Below the pieces are notes generated by a model. That model was not told where the DNA came from. It saw only the letters and a program-made list of their open reading frames with translations, and did no database searches. Position numbers and translations under genes: made by a program. A stretch of 24,626 bases of DNA, taken from positions 1 through 24,626 of the forward strand of contig JAKLZA010000242.1 of the NCBI GenBank assembly GCA_030704615.1, read 5' to 3'. Source of the DNA: Takakia lepidozioides. Lineage: Eukaryota > Plantae > Bryophyta. Positions within the stretch are counted from its first letter, which is position 1; each line of letters starts with the position of its first letter. Shown here in pieces: positions 1-11,308 of this stretch.

Positions 1-74
1 TGGGAGTCAGGCGCGCGCATCAAAGCGAGTAACTATGACTTGAAGGGGAGTTTACCGAATTGAGGTGCGCGACA
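1..74 (+). mobile_element. 3' end of an LTR of the same family as element 1, in opposite orientation (truncated by window start)
   Basis: 1-74 is the reverse complement of 136-209 with 2 substitutions; ends in ...GCGCGACA (CA terminus). Confidence 0.9.
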
Positions 75-135
75 GTTTTTGGACGTTCCAGATCATGTAA
101 TGCGGCGAAGATATGTCGTCAGTAACAAGTCCGCT

Positions 136-859
136 TGTCGCACACCTCAGTTCGGTAAACTCCCCTTCAAGTCATAGTTACTCGCTTTGATGCGCGCGCC
201 TGACTCCCAACCTGGCCGCCGGGCCAACTTGGAGTTTCGGCTGCTCACCGGGACATAACGGTCCCCTTCCGCTTCCCTCTAAACCCTCCACCTATTTGGG
301 ACTAGGAGAATTCCCTTTGGTAGATGGCAGTCCGGAACAGCTCCCCACTCTTTGGTCGCTTTCCGGCTCGCTCGCTTACTCACTAGTTTTTGGTCACCAA
401 CGGGCTTGCACCGTTCTCGGGGTTACTACTCCCTATATATACTTCTGTAGCTGTCCGCGGGGGTTTCATAACCAGCCATGCCATTTTATGGCGAACCACC
501 ACGAAAACCCTCGACTCCCGGTGGTGAGTCGCGGTGAGTCTTGGCCCACTCACCGCGGCCCCAATGGACCGTGATGAGTCCCAAGACTCCCCACGACTCC
601 CACCTCGAGGTCTCCACCCCATGGTGAGTCCTATGCCACCCCCACTAAGTCCCACTAAGCTACCACCACCCCTTGTGGAGCCACCTCCACCGCAACCCGG
701 TGTGCGGGGCTCCACCTAGTGAGCGCCTCCGCCTCCTTGAGTGCCTTGGGCACTCAAGGGTGCTTCAGCCCCCCATACCTATCGCTGCCGCTGCCCCCAC
801 CACAGGGGCAGCCCCTCATGTGTCCCGACCCCCTGCCCTCAAGGCAAAGGGCCGCGACA
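136..859 (-). repeat. 3' LTR of element 1 (724 bp)
   Basis: Direct repeat of 6383-7105; the only difference I saw is a C5/C4 homopolymer indel; 6-bp terminal inverted repeat TGTCGC/GCGACA. Confidence 0.93.
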
Positions 860-871
860 CACACCCCTACC
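860..871 (-). promoter_or_regulatory. Polypurine-tract-like sequence (GGTAGGGGTGTG) abutting the 3' LTR
   Basis: G-rich tract immediately 5' of the TG start of the 3' LTR on the minus strand; imperfectly purine. Confidence 0.6.
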
Positions 872-1765
872 AACAGGGAGTCGATGTCCTCATCGACTTG
901 TCCATTTTGTAGAAACGAACATCCAAGTTGTGGCGTCCCACATCAAGGAGTTTGTTTCCGTACCATGGCGTCCCATGGCAAAGAACCAAACCCCACACTT
1001 GACTCCACTCTCCACTAGCTAGTTCGGCCGACTTCCTCCAAGTCCCGGCCAAGGGTGGAGCCTCTCCAGCTCCTCCCAGTGCACTCTTCTTGGCCTACTT
1101 CAAGGCCAAGGAACGATCCTCCCCGAGGATCGAATCGCCTTACTGCAACAACATTGCTTGCGATCGCTCATGATGCCGCTTTTGGCATCACCTTGAGCAA
1201 GGGTTCACCTGGAACCCTCTTTGACTAGGAAGATAACCTTGAACCAACCGTGCGCCCCAATCACTACAATTGGGTCCGCCTTGGAATGCTGGCCTGAGGT
1301 ACGGGAACACGCCGAAGCCGCACTACGACTTCGTCCCGAGGCTACACGATTATAGTACGTGAACGGAAGCACGTAGCTTCCGCGTTAGCCCGCACTACAA
1401 GGCAACCCCCTCGGTAGCGCAGTTATAGTACGCGCACGCGCCAGGTGCGCACTAGCACTTGAACTCCCAAATAAGGCGCAAGTTTCCTTGCCCCTTGGAT
1501 GGGAGTCACCCGATTTCGGCACTGCGCAAACACACGATTAACCCAATTTACCTCTCCCACTTTTGTAAGCTAGCATGCATTCTACACACCAGCCAACCAC
1601 ACCATGCATCACCATTCCAAACACAATAGGACGCACAATATTTGGAACCCATTTCCTTTATCACAAATTTTTGTACAATACAAGTTTTTGCAATCGGATT
1701 CCTGAGCTAGCTAAACCGGGCTAAGCATGCATTTCCTCCCCCACGCTCCAAGGTTGATGTCCCCA

Positions 1766-4700
1766 TCAACGCTTCTTCCGCTTTTGAGGTCGCCCTTCGA
1801 ACGCTGCAACTGCCTCGGATGCGTTTCCCATTTCTGAGGCACGCACCCAAGATGCCTCCACAAGATGATAGCCCTTCCATTTGACGAGATACTCCGTTTC
1901 TCGGTTCTTGAACCTCCTCGACTTAAGTATTGCCTCCACCTCGTACTCGGGTTCATTTTCATGATCCAACAGCATAGGTGGCGGACGCAACACTTGCTGC
2001 CGATTCGGACGTGCTTCATCTTTGAAGTAAGGCTTCAAAAGGGAGACATGGAATACTGGGTGCACCTTGCTGTTTGCTGGCAGCTCCAATTCATACACAT
2101 CCTCATTCATAACCCTCCGAATGCGAAAGGGACCCGCATACGGAGGTACGAACTTCGGACTCATTTCCGGAGGTAGTCGAAAATTCTTGATGTTCAACCA
2201 GACCTCTGTGCCTGCCTCAAACTTCACTTCCCTCCGCTTCCGATTCGCCTGCCTTTCATACCGTTTCCTAGCTTTGGCAATGTTGTACTTTGCGAGCTTC
2301 AACAAACGCTCGCGTTCTTCCAGTACCGCCGCTACTGCCGGTTCCTCAACGTCCTGGGCGGCCCAACTTGTCGGCACCAGAGGTGCTTTTCCATAGACCA
2401 ACACAAAAGGGGAAACTCCCGTCGCGGAGTGTTCTGTGTTATTATAACAGAACTCTGCCGCGTCTAAGTGTTCCATCCAGTCTGATTGGTCTGCCGACAC
2501 GTAATTCCGCAAGAATTGCTTCACTACGGAATTCACTCTTTCCGTTTGGCCGTCCGTCGTAGGTCGGAAGGCGGTGCTCATCTTCAGCCTCGTCCCCATC
2601 TTCTTCCAAAGTGCTCTCCAGAATTTACTCGTAAACTTTGGGTCGCGGTCCGAGACAATATCCTTCGGGACTCCATGATGCTTTAAGACGTGGGCGAAGT
2701 AAAGTCGCCCTGTCTCCTGCGCAGTTGCCGTCTCCTTGGTGGGGATGAAATGGGCCATTTTACTGAACCTATCTACCACCACCATGATTGCATCGAATCC
2801 TTTTGACAGCGGCATAGCAGTCATGAAATCCATCGAGACGCTTTCCCAAGTCCCCTCTGGAATCGGCAAGGGTTGTAACAGCCCCGCTTGCTTTTTATAC
2901 TCGCTCCGGTTTTGTTGGCATGTGGTGCATGTCTTGACATACTCCTCTGCCTCCTCCCTCAGTTTGGGCCAGAAATACTCTTTCTTCAAGAGTGCCGCAG
3001 TGCGCTTGGCTCCACCGTGGCCCGCAAGCGGGCTATCATGGCATTCTCTCAAGAGACTATCCCTGATCCCTCCCTTTGGCACATAGAGACGTTTTTGCTT
3101 ATACCGGAGCAGTCCGTTTTGCAAGTGGAACTGCGATTTAACCCCCATTCTCAAGTTCTGCATCACGCACTTTGCCAGCTCATCCTTCCGGCAAGCCTTC
3201 CGGATCTTCCTTTGGAGCGCCGTCTCGCCCTTGTACACCAACAAGAGCTGCTGCTTTCTACTTAAAGCATCGGCCACCACATTGTCCCGTCCCGGTTTGT
3301 ACTGGATATCCACGTCGAACACTGCCAAAGTATCTTGCCACCTAAGTTGTTTTGGGGACAACTTGGGCTGCGTGGCAAAATACTTCACCGTGACATTGTC
3401 CGTGAACACCTTCACTGGGTTGGAACCAACATAGTGGCGCCAGAGTTCAAGGCAATGTACCACCGCCTTCATCTCTTTTTCGTGCGTCGGCCACCGTCGC
3501 TCCACTTCATTCAGTTTCTTACTTTCGTAAGCCACTGGACGTCCATCTTGCATAAGTACACCCCCAATTGCGAAGTCCGATGCATCTGTATGAATCTCAA
3601 ACGGACGATCGAACTCCGGGATTTTCAAGACTGGAGCTTCCGTCATCCGCTGCTTCAATTCAGCAAAAGCTTGGCCACAAAATGTGTTCCATACCCAGAC
3701 TTTGGATTTACACAGAAGGTCCGACAGCGGCCCCGCGATCTTGGCGAAATTTCTCACATACTTCCGGTAATAGGAGGCGAGTCCTAGGAAGGATCGCACT
3801 CCCGGGACCGAAGTCGGAGGCTCCCAGTCCAAGATCGCCCTCACCTTTCTGTCATCCATTTTGATCCCATCCTGTGTAATCACGTGCCCCAAGAACTCCA
3901 CTTTTGTGACCCCGAATTCGCACTTTGAAGCTTTGGCATACAGCTTCCCTTCTCGCAATTTTTGGAACACCCTTTTGAGGTGCTCCAGGTGCTCCTCCTT
4001 TGTTTTCGAGTACACCAAGATGTCGTCGATGTACACGATCACAAAGTCATCCAACCACTCCTGGAAAAGGCTGTTCATCAGCGTGCTAAATGTCGCTGGT
4101 GCATTGGTGAGCCCAAAAGGCATCACCAAGAACTCATATGAACCATACCTTGTCCTGCACGCGGTCTTCTCCTCATCTCCTTCCGCCACCCGAATTTGGT
4201 GATAGCCGGAGCGCAAGTCGATCCGGCTGAAATACTTCGCTCCTGCCAACCGATCGAAGAGGTCGTCGATCCTTGGCAAAGGGTACCGGTTTTTGATAGT
4301 CACCTTATTCAGAGCCCTGTAATCGACACACATCCGCAGCGTCCCATCCTTCTTGTCTGCAAATAGCACCGGGGCTCCGTAAGGTGACTTACTCGGCCGG
4401 ATGTACCCCTTTGACATTAGATCTTTGAGCTGAGTCTTCAGCTCGACCAACTCTTTGTGGCTCAACCGGTAGGGCGCCTTGGCAGGCGGTTCCGATCCCG
4501 GTATCACCTCAATTTTGTGGTCAACTCCTCTTCGCGGTGGCAAGCCGCTTGGTAAATCCTCCGGCATCACATCCTGGTATTTCTCCAAAATCCCCTTGAT
4601 CCAATCTGGGCTCGGCTCCCCATCGCCTTCTCCTTTCACTTCTCTAATGTAAAGCAAAAACTGGGACTCGTGTGTCTCCTCCACGGCCCACTCCTTTGCT

Positions 4701-6154
4701 GATAGAAGGTTTATTCGCCCTCCCACGGATTTGGGCGTTTCCGACACTCGTAAAACCTCGCCACCATTCCCACATGGCAGCGTGACTACTCTCTTGCGGC
4801 CATCTATGACCGCTCCGGATTTGCTCAAAAAGGTCATTCCCAAAATGAGATCCACTCCATCGATCTCGCAGATAGTGAAGTTCTCACGTCCCTCCCAACT
4901 CCCCAGTTGAAGAGGAACATCAAACGCCAACCTTGTCGCCAACTGAGGTTCTCCTTTGGCAGAGCGCACCTCAATAGAGGCCCCCACGTCACTTGTCGGG
5001 AGTCCCAACTTTCGCGCCGCCGCCGGCGTCATGAAGGAGTGCGACGCTCCTGTGTCCACCAACAACGACACATTAGTTCCGGATATTATCCCATCCACGA
5101 ACAATAACTGACTCCCTTTTCGTAAGGCGCCAGTTTCCTGATACAACTCACAAGAAAATTTGCCTACCTTGCAAGTCCTGGCGACCACCGCTTCCACCAA
5201 GCGACTGATGGTATCTTCCGACAGCTCCGTGGTCGCCCGAGTCATGTTCAATTGCCGGGGCTTCGTGCACTTCTTGGCCATGTGCCCGGGCTCCCCGCAA
5301 TTGAAACACACTCCATCAAAGGTCGCCTTCTGTCCGCCATAAGTCGCTCCACCCGCTTTTCCTTTCGAAGCACCGGGTGCCGCCTTGACGTGTGAAGGAC
5401 CTCCCTTCGATTTCCACGTGCCATTTTCGCCGCGTGGCCTATCCCACTTCTTTTCCGGTCGGGAGGAGTCACCTTCCCGCCGGGTCTTCTTGTGGTTCAG
5501 CTCCGTACGGCCTTGTCTCTCACCCCTAGGGACATCCGAGAAACATTCAGCTCTCTCAATTGCCTCGTTCAAAGTCTTGGGTGGCTTCTCCTCCAACTTC
5601 CGCCTAGCCCATGGGGCCAGTCCCGCCACAAAGTTGAAGACCATTTCTGGTTCTGCCATGTCCGCGACTTCGAGCAACAGCACATTGAAAGCCTGGACAT
5701 ACCCCCGAATGTCATCTGTTTGCTTCAAATTCCTCATCTTGTCCCGGGCAAGCCAGGATGCGTTGAGGGGCACAAACTGTCTCTTCATCAATTCCTTGAA
5801 CTCACTCCAGTTCAAGGTTTCCGGGCTTGGGCCTCGGTCGTGAAGGCGTTTCTGCCACCATTGTTGAGCATAGCCCCTCAAATAGGTGGGAGCCACTTCC
5901 ACCCGATCCTCGTCACTCAACTTGGCCGCCCGGAAGTACTGCTCTAGCTCCAGGAGCCAGGTGTTGAGTGCCTTCCGGTTTCGAACGCCCTCGAAGGTGC
6001 CGGGTTCCTTAGGCTTCACCTTAAACTTTGCCTTGGTGGAAGTGGCATTAGCCGCCTTCAACACGTCTTTCAACGTCCCGCCAAACTGCGCCAACAACCC
6101 TTCCCAAAAGGCTGCCGGCATGGGAGGCATCTCTTGGTTTGTCGGAGCTCTCAA
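1766..6154 (-). CDS. Gag-Pol polyprotein (Gag, CCHC knuckle, aspartic protease, RT, RNase H, integrase, class I chromodomain)
   Basis: [14 protein letters not shown]; [10 protein letters not shown]; YIDD; TDASD/HEKE/TDN/DALSR; [12 protein letters not shown]; SMDF/SDRD/GQTE; GPF motif; [21 protein letters not shown]. The true start is probably the ATG at 6327 via a 1-nt frameshift. Confidence 0.97.
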   Translation of the reverse strand: MRAPTNQEMPPMPAAFWEGLLAQFGGTLKDVLKAANATSTKAKFKVKPKEPGTFEGVRNRKALNTWLLELEQYFRAAKLSDEDRVEVAPTYLRGYAQQWWQKRLHDRGPSPETLNWSEFKELMKRQFVPLNASWLARDKMRNLKQTDDIRGYVQAFNVLLLEVADMAEPEMVFNFVAGLAPWARRKLEEKPPKTLNEAIERAECFSDVPRGERQGRTELNHKKTRREGDSSRPEKKWDRPRGENGTWKSKGGPSHVKAAPGASKGKAGGATYGGQKATFDGVCFNCGEPGHMAKKCTKPRQLNMTRATTELSEDTISRLVEAVVARTCKVGKFSCELYQETGALRKGSQLLFVDGIISGTNVSLLVDTGASHSFMTPAAARKLGLPTSDVGASIEVRSAKGEPQLATRLAFDVPLQLGSWEGRENFTICEIDGVDLILGMTFLSKSGAVIDGRKRVVTLPCGNGGEVLRVSETPKSVGGRINLLSAKEWAVEETHESQFLLYIREVKGEGDGEPSPDWIKGILEKYQDVMPEDLPSGLPPRRGVDHKIEVIPGSEPPAKAPYRLSHKELVELKTQLKDLMSKGYIRPSKSPYGAPVLFADKKDGTLRMCVDYRALNKVTIKNRYPLPRIDDLFDRLAGAKYFSRIDLRSGYHQIRVAEGDEEKTACRTRYGSYEFLVMPFGLTNAPATFSTLMNSLFQEWLDDFVIVYIDDILVYSKTKEEHLEHLKRVFQKLREGKLYAKASKCEFGVTKVEFLGHVITQDGIKMDDRKVRAILDWEPPTSVPGVRSFLGLASYYRKYVRNFAKIAGPLSDLLCKSKVWVWNTFCGQAFAELKQRMTEAPVLKIPEFDRPFEIHTDASDFAIGGVLMQDGRPVAYESKKLNEVERRWPTHEKEMKAVVHCLELWRHYVGSNPVKVFTDNVTVKYFATQPKLSPKQLRWQDTLAVFDVDIQYKPGRDNVVADALSRKQQLLLVYKGETALQRKIRKACRKDELAKCVMQNLRMGVKSQFHLQNGLLRYKQKRLYVPKGGIRDSLLRECHDSPLAGHGGAKRTAALLKKEYFWPKLREEAEEYVKTCTTCQQNRSEYKKQAGLLQPLPIPEGTWESVSMDFMTAMPLSKGFDAIMVVVDRFSKMAHFIPTKETATAQETGRLYFAHVLKHHGVPKDIVSDRDPKFTSKFWRALWKKMGTRLKMSTAFRPTTDGQTERVNSVVKQFLRNYVSADQSDWMEHLDAAEFCYNNTEHSATGVSPFVLVYGKAPLVPTSWAAQDVEEPAVAAVLEERERLLKLAKYNIAKARKRYERQANRKRREVKFEAGTEVWLNIKNFRLPPEMSPKFVPPYAGPFRIRRVMNEDVYELELPANSKVHPVFHVSLLKPYFKDEARPNRQQVLRPPPMLLDHENEPEYEVEAILKSRRFKNRETEYLVKWKGYHLVEASWVRASEMGNASEAVAAFEGRPQKRKKR

Positions 6155-6368
6155 AGATTCCTCGGGCTCCGACTCCTCGGATTCCTCCCGCTCCTGAGCG
6201 GCCTCGTTTTCGGAAACATTAATCGCTTCCTCAAACGGCCGCCTCGTGACACGTCGCCCCCATCGGGCTCACCGGGATCATCATCTTTTGGGCCGTTCCG
6301 CTTTCGCTTCGGCTTGCCCGACCCCATGATGAGGCCAATCCCAAGGACGATCGCGTACTGAACTCTAA

Positions 6369-6380
6369 GCTCTGATACCA
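6369..6380 (-). promoter_or_regulatory. Primer-binding site complementary to tRNA-iMet
   Basis: Minus strand TGGTATCAGAGC, 2 nt after the 5' LTR CA end. Confidence 0.95.
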
Positions 6381-6382
6381 AG

Positions 6383-7105
6383 TGTCGCACACCTCAGTTC
6401 GGTAAACTCCCCTTCAAGTCATAGTTACTCGCTTTGATGCGCGCGCCTGACTCCCAACCTGGCCGCCGGGCCAACTTGGAGTTTCGGCTGCTCACCGGGA
6501 CATAACGGTCCCCTTCCGCTTCCCTCTAAACCCTCCACCTATTTGGGACTAGGAGAATTCCCTTTGGTAGATGGCAGTCCGGAACAGCTCCCCACTCTTT
6601 GGTCGCTTTCCGGCTCGCTCGCTTACTCACTAGTTTTTGGTCACCAACGGGCTTGCACCGTTCTCGGGGTTACTACTCCCTATATATACTTCTGTAGCTG
6701 TCCGCGGGGGTTTCATAACCAGCCATGCCATTTTATGGCGAACCACCACGAAAACCCTCGACTCCCGGTGGTGAGTCGCGGTGAGTCTTGGCCCACTCAC
6801 CGCGGCCCCAATGGACCGTGATGAGTCCCAAGACTCCCCACGACTCCCACCTCGAGGTCTCCACCCCATGGTGAGTCCTATGCCACCCCACTAAGTCCCA
6901 CTAAGCTACCACCACCCCTTGTGGAGCCACCTCCACCGCAACCCGGTGTGCGGGGCTCCACCTAGTGAGCGCCTCCGCCTCCTTGAGTGCCTTGGGCACT
7001 CAAGGGTGCTTCAGCCCCCCATACCTATCGCTGCCGCTGCCCCCACCACAGGGGCAGCCCCTCATGTGTCCCGACCCCCTGCCCTCAAGGCAAAGGGCCG
7101 CGACA
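6383..7105 (-). repeat. 5' LTR of element 1 (723 bp)
   Basis: Near-identical to 136-859; adjacent to the PBS. Confidence 0.93.
6681..6688 (-). promoter_or_regulatory. Putative TATA box of the element 1 LTR (copy at 434-441)
   Basis: TATATATA is the only strong TA run in a GC-rich LTR, ~300 nt before the LTR 3' end. Confidence 0.55.
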
Positions 7106-7183
7106 CCATACCTATCGCTGCCGCTGCCCCCACCACAGGGGCAGCCCCTCATGTGTCCCGACCCCCTGCCCGGGGCCGCGACA
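7106..7183 (-). repeat. Extra 78-bp variant copy of the LTR 5' end
   Basis: 7106-7171 repeats 7019-7084, then GGGGCCGCGACA; it lacks 9 bp present in the full LTR. Confidence 0.85.
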
Positions 7184-7335
7184 TCAATACTTGGTTCCAT
7201 CGATTGGCTCAATCTACTGTTTTGATTGGTATTAATTTGTTTATGCTCTTCGTTCGGCTGCTGTTTTTGGATTGATATATCGATGGATGTTTGAGATTAT
7301 CTATCTTTGTCTGACTTTGGATTTTGCTTGAACAG

Positions 7336-8650
7336 TGGGATGACGATGGTTGATCCATTCGGCATTGAACAGTTTGTATTCCCAACACTTTTTGCTTATA
7401 TCTGTGATCATCCGGAGGGTTGTAAGGTAACATTTTCACTCATTAATTATAGTCTTCAACTATCTAAAAACAAGTCACATGCACCAGACAGCCTATAGGG
7501 AGTGTTTTGACTACTTTTTTGTTGAGTGATACATGAATGCTTTGTGGTTAATACAGATTACAGGGACTTTTGACACAAACAAATGCCAGAGGCCATGTAG
7601 CTTATGTTTATGTGTCAAGGAGAACATGAGTGACACGATGCTACCAATTATGTACCCGACAGAATCAACAATGAAGTCACTTGTTGAAACGACGAATGAG
7701 AACAGTGAAACCTTGAAGCAATATTCTGTACATTCGGTTGAGGTATGTAAGTCTTTAAATGTGGCTGTCACCTTCCTTGACGGGTTTCTGGTTGGCTGGC
7801 TATTATGTAACTAATGACAGTGTTTATCTTGCAGTGTGCACTTTGGGGTTTCAGCGGAGGTAGGACAAAGATTGGAAATCCTTACAAATGCATTCATGTT
7901 GATATTATGCACCAATCAGATCTGGGGGTTTTTAAGACTCTAGTCGACATTCTCCGGATGTTGGCAGAGGTGGGTGTGGCCCATAATCAAACTTTACCAG
8001 AGTTGGATCATCGCCTTTTGGTTATTCGAAGGACTGCTCGTTATCAATCCTTTCGGATACCTGGAACAGACAAGGGTGGCTACTTTAGATCCAATGCTAA
8101 TTTTGCAGCCTTTGAACATCGAGCTATAATGCAGGTTATTGTTCTGTGTATGGTGGGTTTGTATGCTGACACGCATATTTCAGCCATTGTCAAGTTTCTT
8201 GAGTGGTATCAGTTGGCCTGTCATAAATGCGAGTATTCAGAGGCTTCATTGGCAGAGATGGAAGCCCTCCTGCGTGTGACAATCTCATCCTTCAAGAACA
8301 ACCTAGTAGAATATCAAAAATCCTCTTTCAACTTGGTCAAAATCCATGCTATGACGCATTTCAGCGACTCAATTAGACGTTCAGGTTCACCTTTCGAGTA
8401 CAACACAAACATGTATGAGCACATGCACATCAACTTGATGAAAGCTGCCTATCGAACCAGCAATCGACGCGATTTTACTGGTCAGATTTTGAAGCACAAC
8501 TCACGCTTGCAAGCCTATCGTCGAAAGGCCGGAGAGTTGGAGGCATTTGAAACAACTACCGAGAAAGTCACAGCTTTAGATCAGGCAGTCCATGTTATGC
8601 CGAATTTTTTGGAAGCAAACCATTTCTTCGTCAACAAGTACAAGTTTTAG
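7336..8650 (+). CDS. Plavaka-type (CMC/CACTA-related) DDE transposase, 5'-incomplete; exons 7336-7426, 7557-7742, 7835-8650
   Basis: Spliced protein GMTMVDPFG..FPTLFAYICDHPEGCK|ITGT..RPCSLC...SVE|CALW..VDIMHQSDLGVFK..ELDHR..FNLVKIHAMTHF..YNTNMYEHMHI..KAAYRTSNRRD. It has the CxxC, MH and Hx3H signatures. GT-AG introns 7427-7556 and 7743-7834 are both phase 0, with a CTAAT branch point at 7811. Confidence 0.85.
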
Positions 8651-8656
8651 TTGCTT

Positions 8657-8830
8657 TCCTATGAGTTGCTTTCCTTCTCCTAAAGTTGTTTCCATTTCTA
8701 CAGGTTTGCCTCCTTCCTATGTGTGTGTTTCCATGCCAAAATCTCCTATGAGTTGCTTTCCTTCTCCTAAAGCTGTTTCCATTTCTACAGGTTTGCCTCC
8801 TTCCTATGTGTGTGTTTCCATGCCAAAATC
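8657..8830 (+). repeat. 87-bp tandem duplication (2 copies) just after the transposase stop
   Basis: 8657-8743 vs 8744-8830, one mismatch. Confidence 0.92.
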
Positions 8831-10311
8831 CTAAGAAAATTGATTATAGGCCTTTGAGATGAATGGAAAAGACAGTTTCTATGCCAATTACAGTTCTTCT
8901 TTCGTCTTGAATTGCATTCCTCACCAATCTGGAGCTGCTTTCTTTGGGAACAGGAGAGGACGATTGCGATGTAGACAGCGTGCATAGTGACATGAGCGCG
9001 GAAGTATCGCAGAAGTTGCTGCTCTTCTCAGGGAACGATTACCACTAACGATTACGTTAGCCTTATGTATCTTAGATCCCCCTATTTGATGACTTGTATT
9101 CTGCAGCAACATTGGGTAAATGCTATGTCAGGTATGCCATGCCTTGTGTTTGTGTGGGGAGATTGTCAAAGAGAGGGGGTATGCAAAAAAAAAAAAAAGG
9201 CCCAGTCCTAAAGATTATTGCCAATTTATGTTCTCTTTGTTTATGGTTGTACCCAATTACACACCCTGTCACCTAAATGAGATTGAAGAGTCATGTTACA
9301 AGCTAGCGGCTGCATTGGTGTCTAACTCTGCAAGGGCATAAGATATAAGGCCTTACCACTGGGGTGGGTTCAGGATTGCTTACTCTATCCATCTGCATTT
9401 GCTGCCAACATGGTGGTGATTGCCAGTGTGGCTCCCAACCTGGTGCAAGGGCAGGAGAGTGTGATGGCCATATTTCAGACTCTATAACACGTCAATCATA
9501 GATCAGGTGCGTATTGCACAAAAGGAAAGCAATTCTGAAGTGTATGTTTACAAGCACAATGATATGGCCCACCTGCACTTGATGTTGTAAGTCTACCCTT
9601 CTTCTCGGCACAATGTTTATGCTTGCTTGTCTCTGGTTTGCATCAGTCAGAAGTCTGACCTACTTTTTAATATTAAGAAACATATACTGGGGCATGGATT
9701 ATGTTGTCTGTCTTATGATACACAAACAAAGTGAGTAATTTTGTGGTGTTGTTAAAAGACAGGTCCAACTGCTGCAAGCAGGAGCGTAAGGTGGTGGTCA
9801 CAGACAGGTGTGTTGCAAGGCTCTCTCTCTTTCCCTTTCTCTTTACCTCTTGCTCACTTCCTTGTTCTGCTACCAGTTGTGTCATTGAGGCCTGGTATTA
9901 TGTGATTCACACAGACAATAGCATTGCGGTAGCCACAAGTTCGTAAGCTGGGCCTACCATCATTATCAGAGCTGGCCAAACTACGAAGTCCTCCCCAGAC
10001 AAGGCCCTTGGAAAGGGAGGCTGTTGAAATGATGGGTCCGGAGGCCCTCCTTGTGGTATGTGAGGGATTTGCTATTCTATCAACTATCAGCCATCAGTCA
10101 TCAGCCATCAGTGTGACGTGGATGCGGAATCGGCGGCCACGTGGCAATATAATATTTTTTCTTGGGCTGCCCGTAATTGTATGCTTGGATTTGCGAGAAA
10201 CAATAATGAAAAATGACATGGGATTGTACTGACACACCACCTTTGGCTGCCGAAGGTGGAGGCTGAGCGGGAGAACATAAAGATAAAAATGAAATAAATG
10301 AATGTCGAAGG

Positions 10312-10350
10312 AAAAAAAAAAAAAAAAACACAACAACAACAACAACAACA
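10312..10350 (+). repeat. Poly-A plus (CAA)n microsatellite
   Basis: Direct reading. Confidence 0.9.
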
Positions 10351-10567
10351 TGAGATATGGACTTCTAACGTTGAAGAATTCTGCACAAACGTGGAAGAAT
10401 TCTACATGTTTTTTAGCCATTTAATCTCTAGCTTGGATTATCGTATCCTACGGAAATATCCAGGGATGCCGGTGAAAAATATATATATTTGTTGGACCTA
10501 AGTTGAACAAAGGTGGCTCTTCTGTCCTTGTATAAGACACTTTTCGCTTTTTGGAATGTGATCAATT

Positions 10568-10987
10568 TCAAACTCTAATTGTTTTTTTTCGGGCAGGTTC
10601 GTTGGGCAGATTGAAATGTTCTTGTTCACCTTTGTTGACCTTCGTCACTGATGGAATTGCGTTGGTAACTGACAGAATAGGAGCTCTCTGGTATGTGATA
10701 GAGCCCCTCAGAAGTAAAGACGAGAAGGGCCAAAGTGAAAAGAGAAATTTGAAATTTGAAGAAGTATGCATACTGGCAGGTGTGGTTCCTTTTAGAGTAG
10801 GGCTGGTAAACTCTATGACACCTCTTATTTTGACAGTAAAGGGAGGTAGGCTCAGACATTCGGCAAGCATTGAATAGTTGACTGGTCTTGTGCTGTATTT
10901 TAAGCTTACCGTCCTATTGCATGTATTTGAGTTTAGATCAAAAATAGCATTTGCTGGAGACAAATCTCCATCCCTCAATTGGAACAA
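10568..10987 (-). other. Unassigned 139-aa ORF
   Basis: Open frame without recognisable motifs; the complementary frame is also largely open, so the strand is uncertain. Confidence 0.2.
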
Positions 10988-11308
10988 GAGGAGGTGTTTA
11001 GATTTTCTTGCATTTCACCTTTGAAGTGATTTTCTTCATTGTTATCGCTACAGCTCACTATATTGTGCTTAAGTCGACAGCAAGCAGGGGGGCTGCTATT
11101 TCATGAGCGGCATGAGCATGAGCGGAAAAAAAAAAAGCATGAGCAGACCATTGTGAGTCCACGGAAATAGGGTTAGGAGGCACGGAAATAGGGTCATGTG
11201 AAGTTGGAATGTGGCACCAGTGGACTTGAAATGCAACATTTTATTGCAAATTTTGTGGCAAGCCACGTCTATACAAGTGTGTTCTAACTGTCATAGCCGG
11301 AATGGGCA

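Larger units (their letters stand above)
136..7183 (-). mobile_element. Element 1: Ty3/gypsy chromovirus LTR retrotransposon, Galadriel-like
   Basis: Paired LTRs with TGTCGC...GCGACA termini, tRNA-iMet PBS, single Gag-PR-RT-RH-IN-chromodomain ORF. RNase H segment [13 protein letters not shown]...[16 protein letters not shown] resembles Galadriel. Lineage call is from motif recall. Confidence 0.92.

Noticed and set aside
75-135. Spacer as a missing transposase exon (FLDVPDHVMRRRY...)
   Set aside because: Too short, with no convincing Plavaka motif.
296-1052. Short ORFs in the element 1 LTR (and copies at 6543-7275)
   Set aside because: GC-rich LTR sequence with no recognisable domains.
860-1731. 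Extension of the 3' LTR to 1731 after the stronger PPT
   Set aside because: No counterpart at the 5' LTR; the terminal inverted repeat fits 859.
1865-6361. Plus-strand ORFs over Gag-Pol
   Set aside because: Antisense shadows of the real ORF.
11087-11200. Terminal inverted repeat of a DNA transposon
   Set aside because: No matching inverted partner found in the window.
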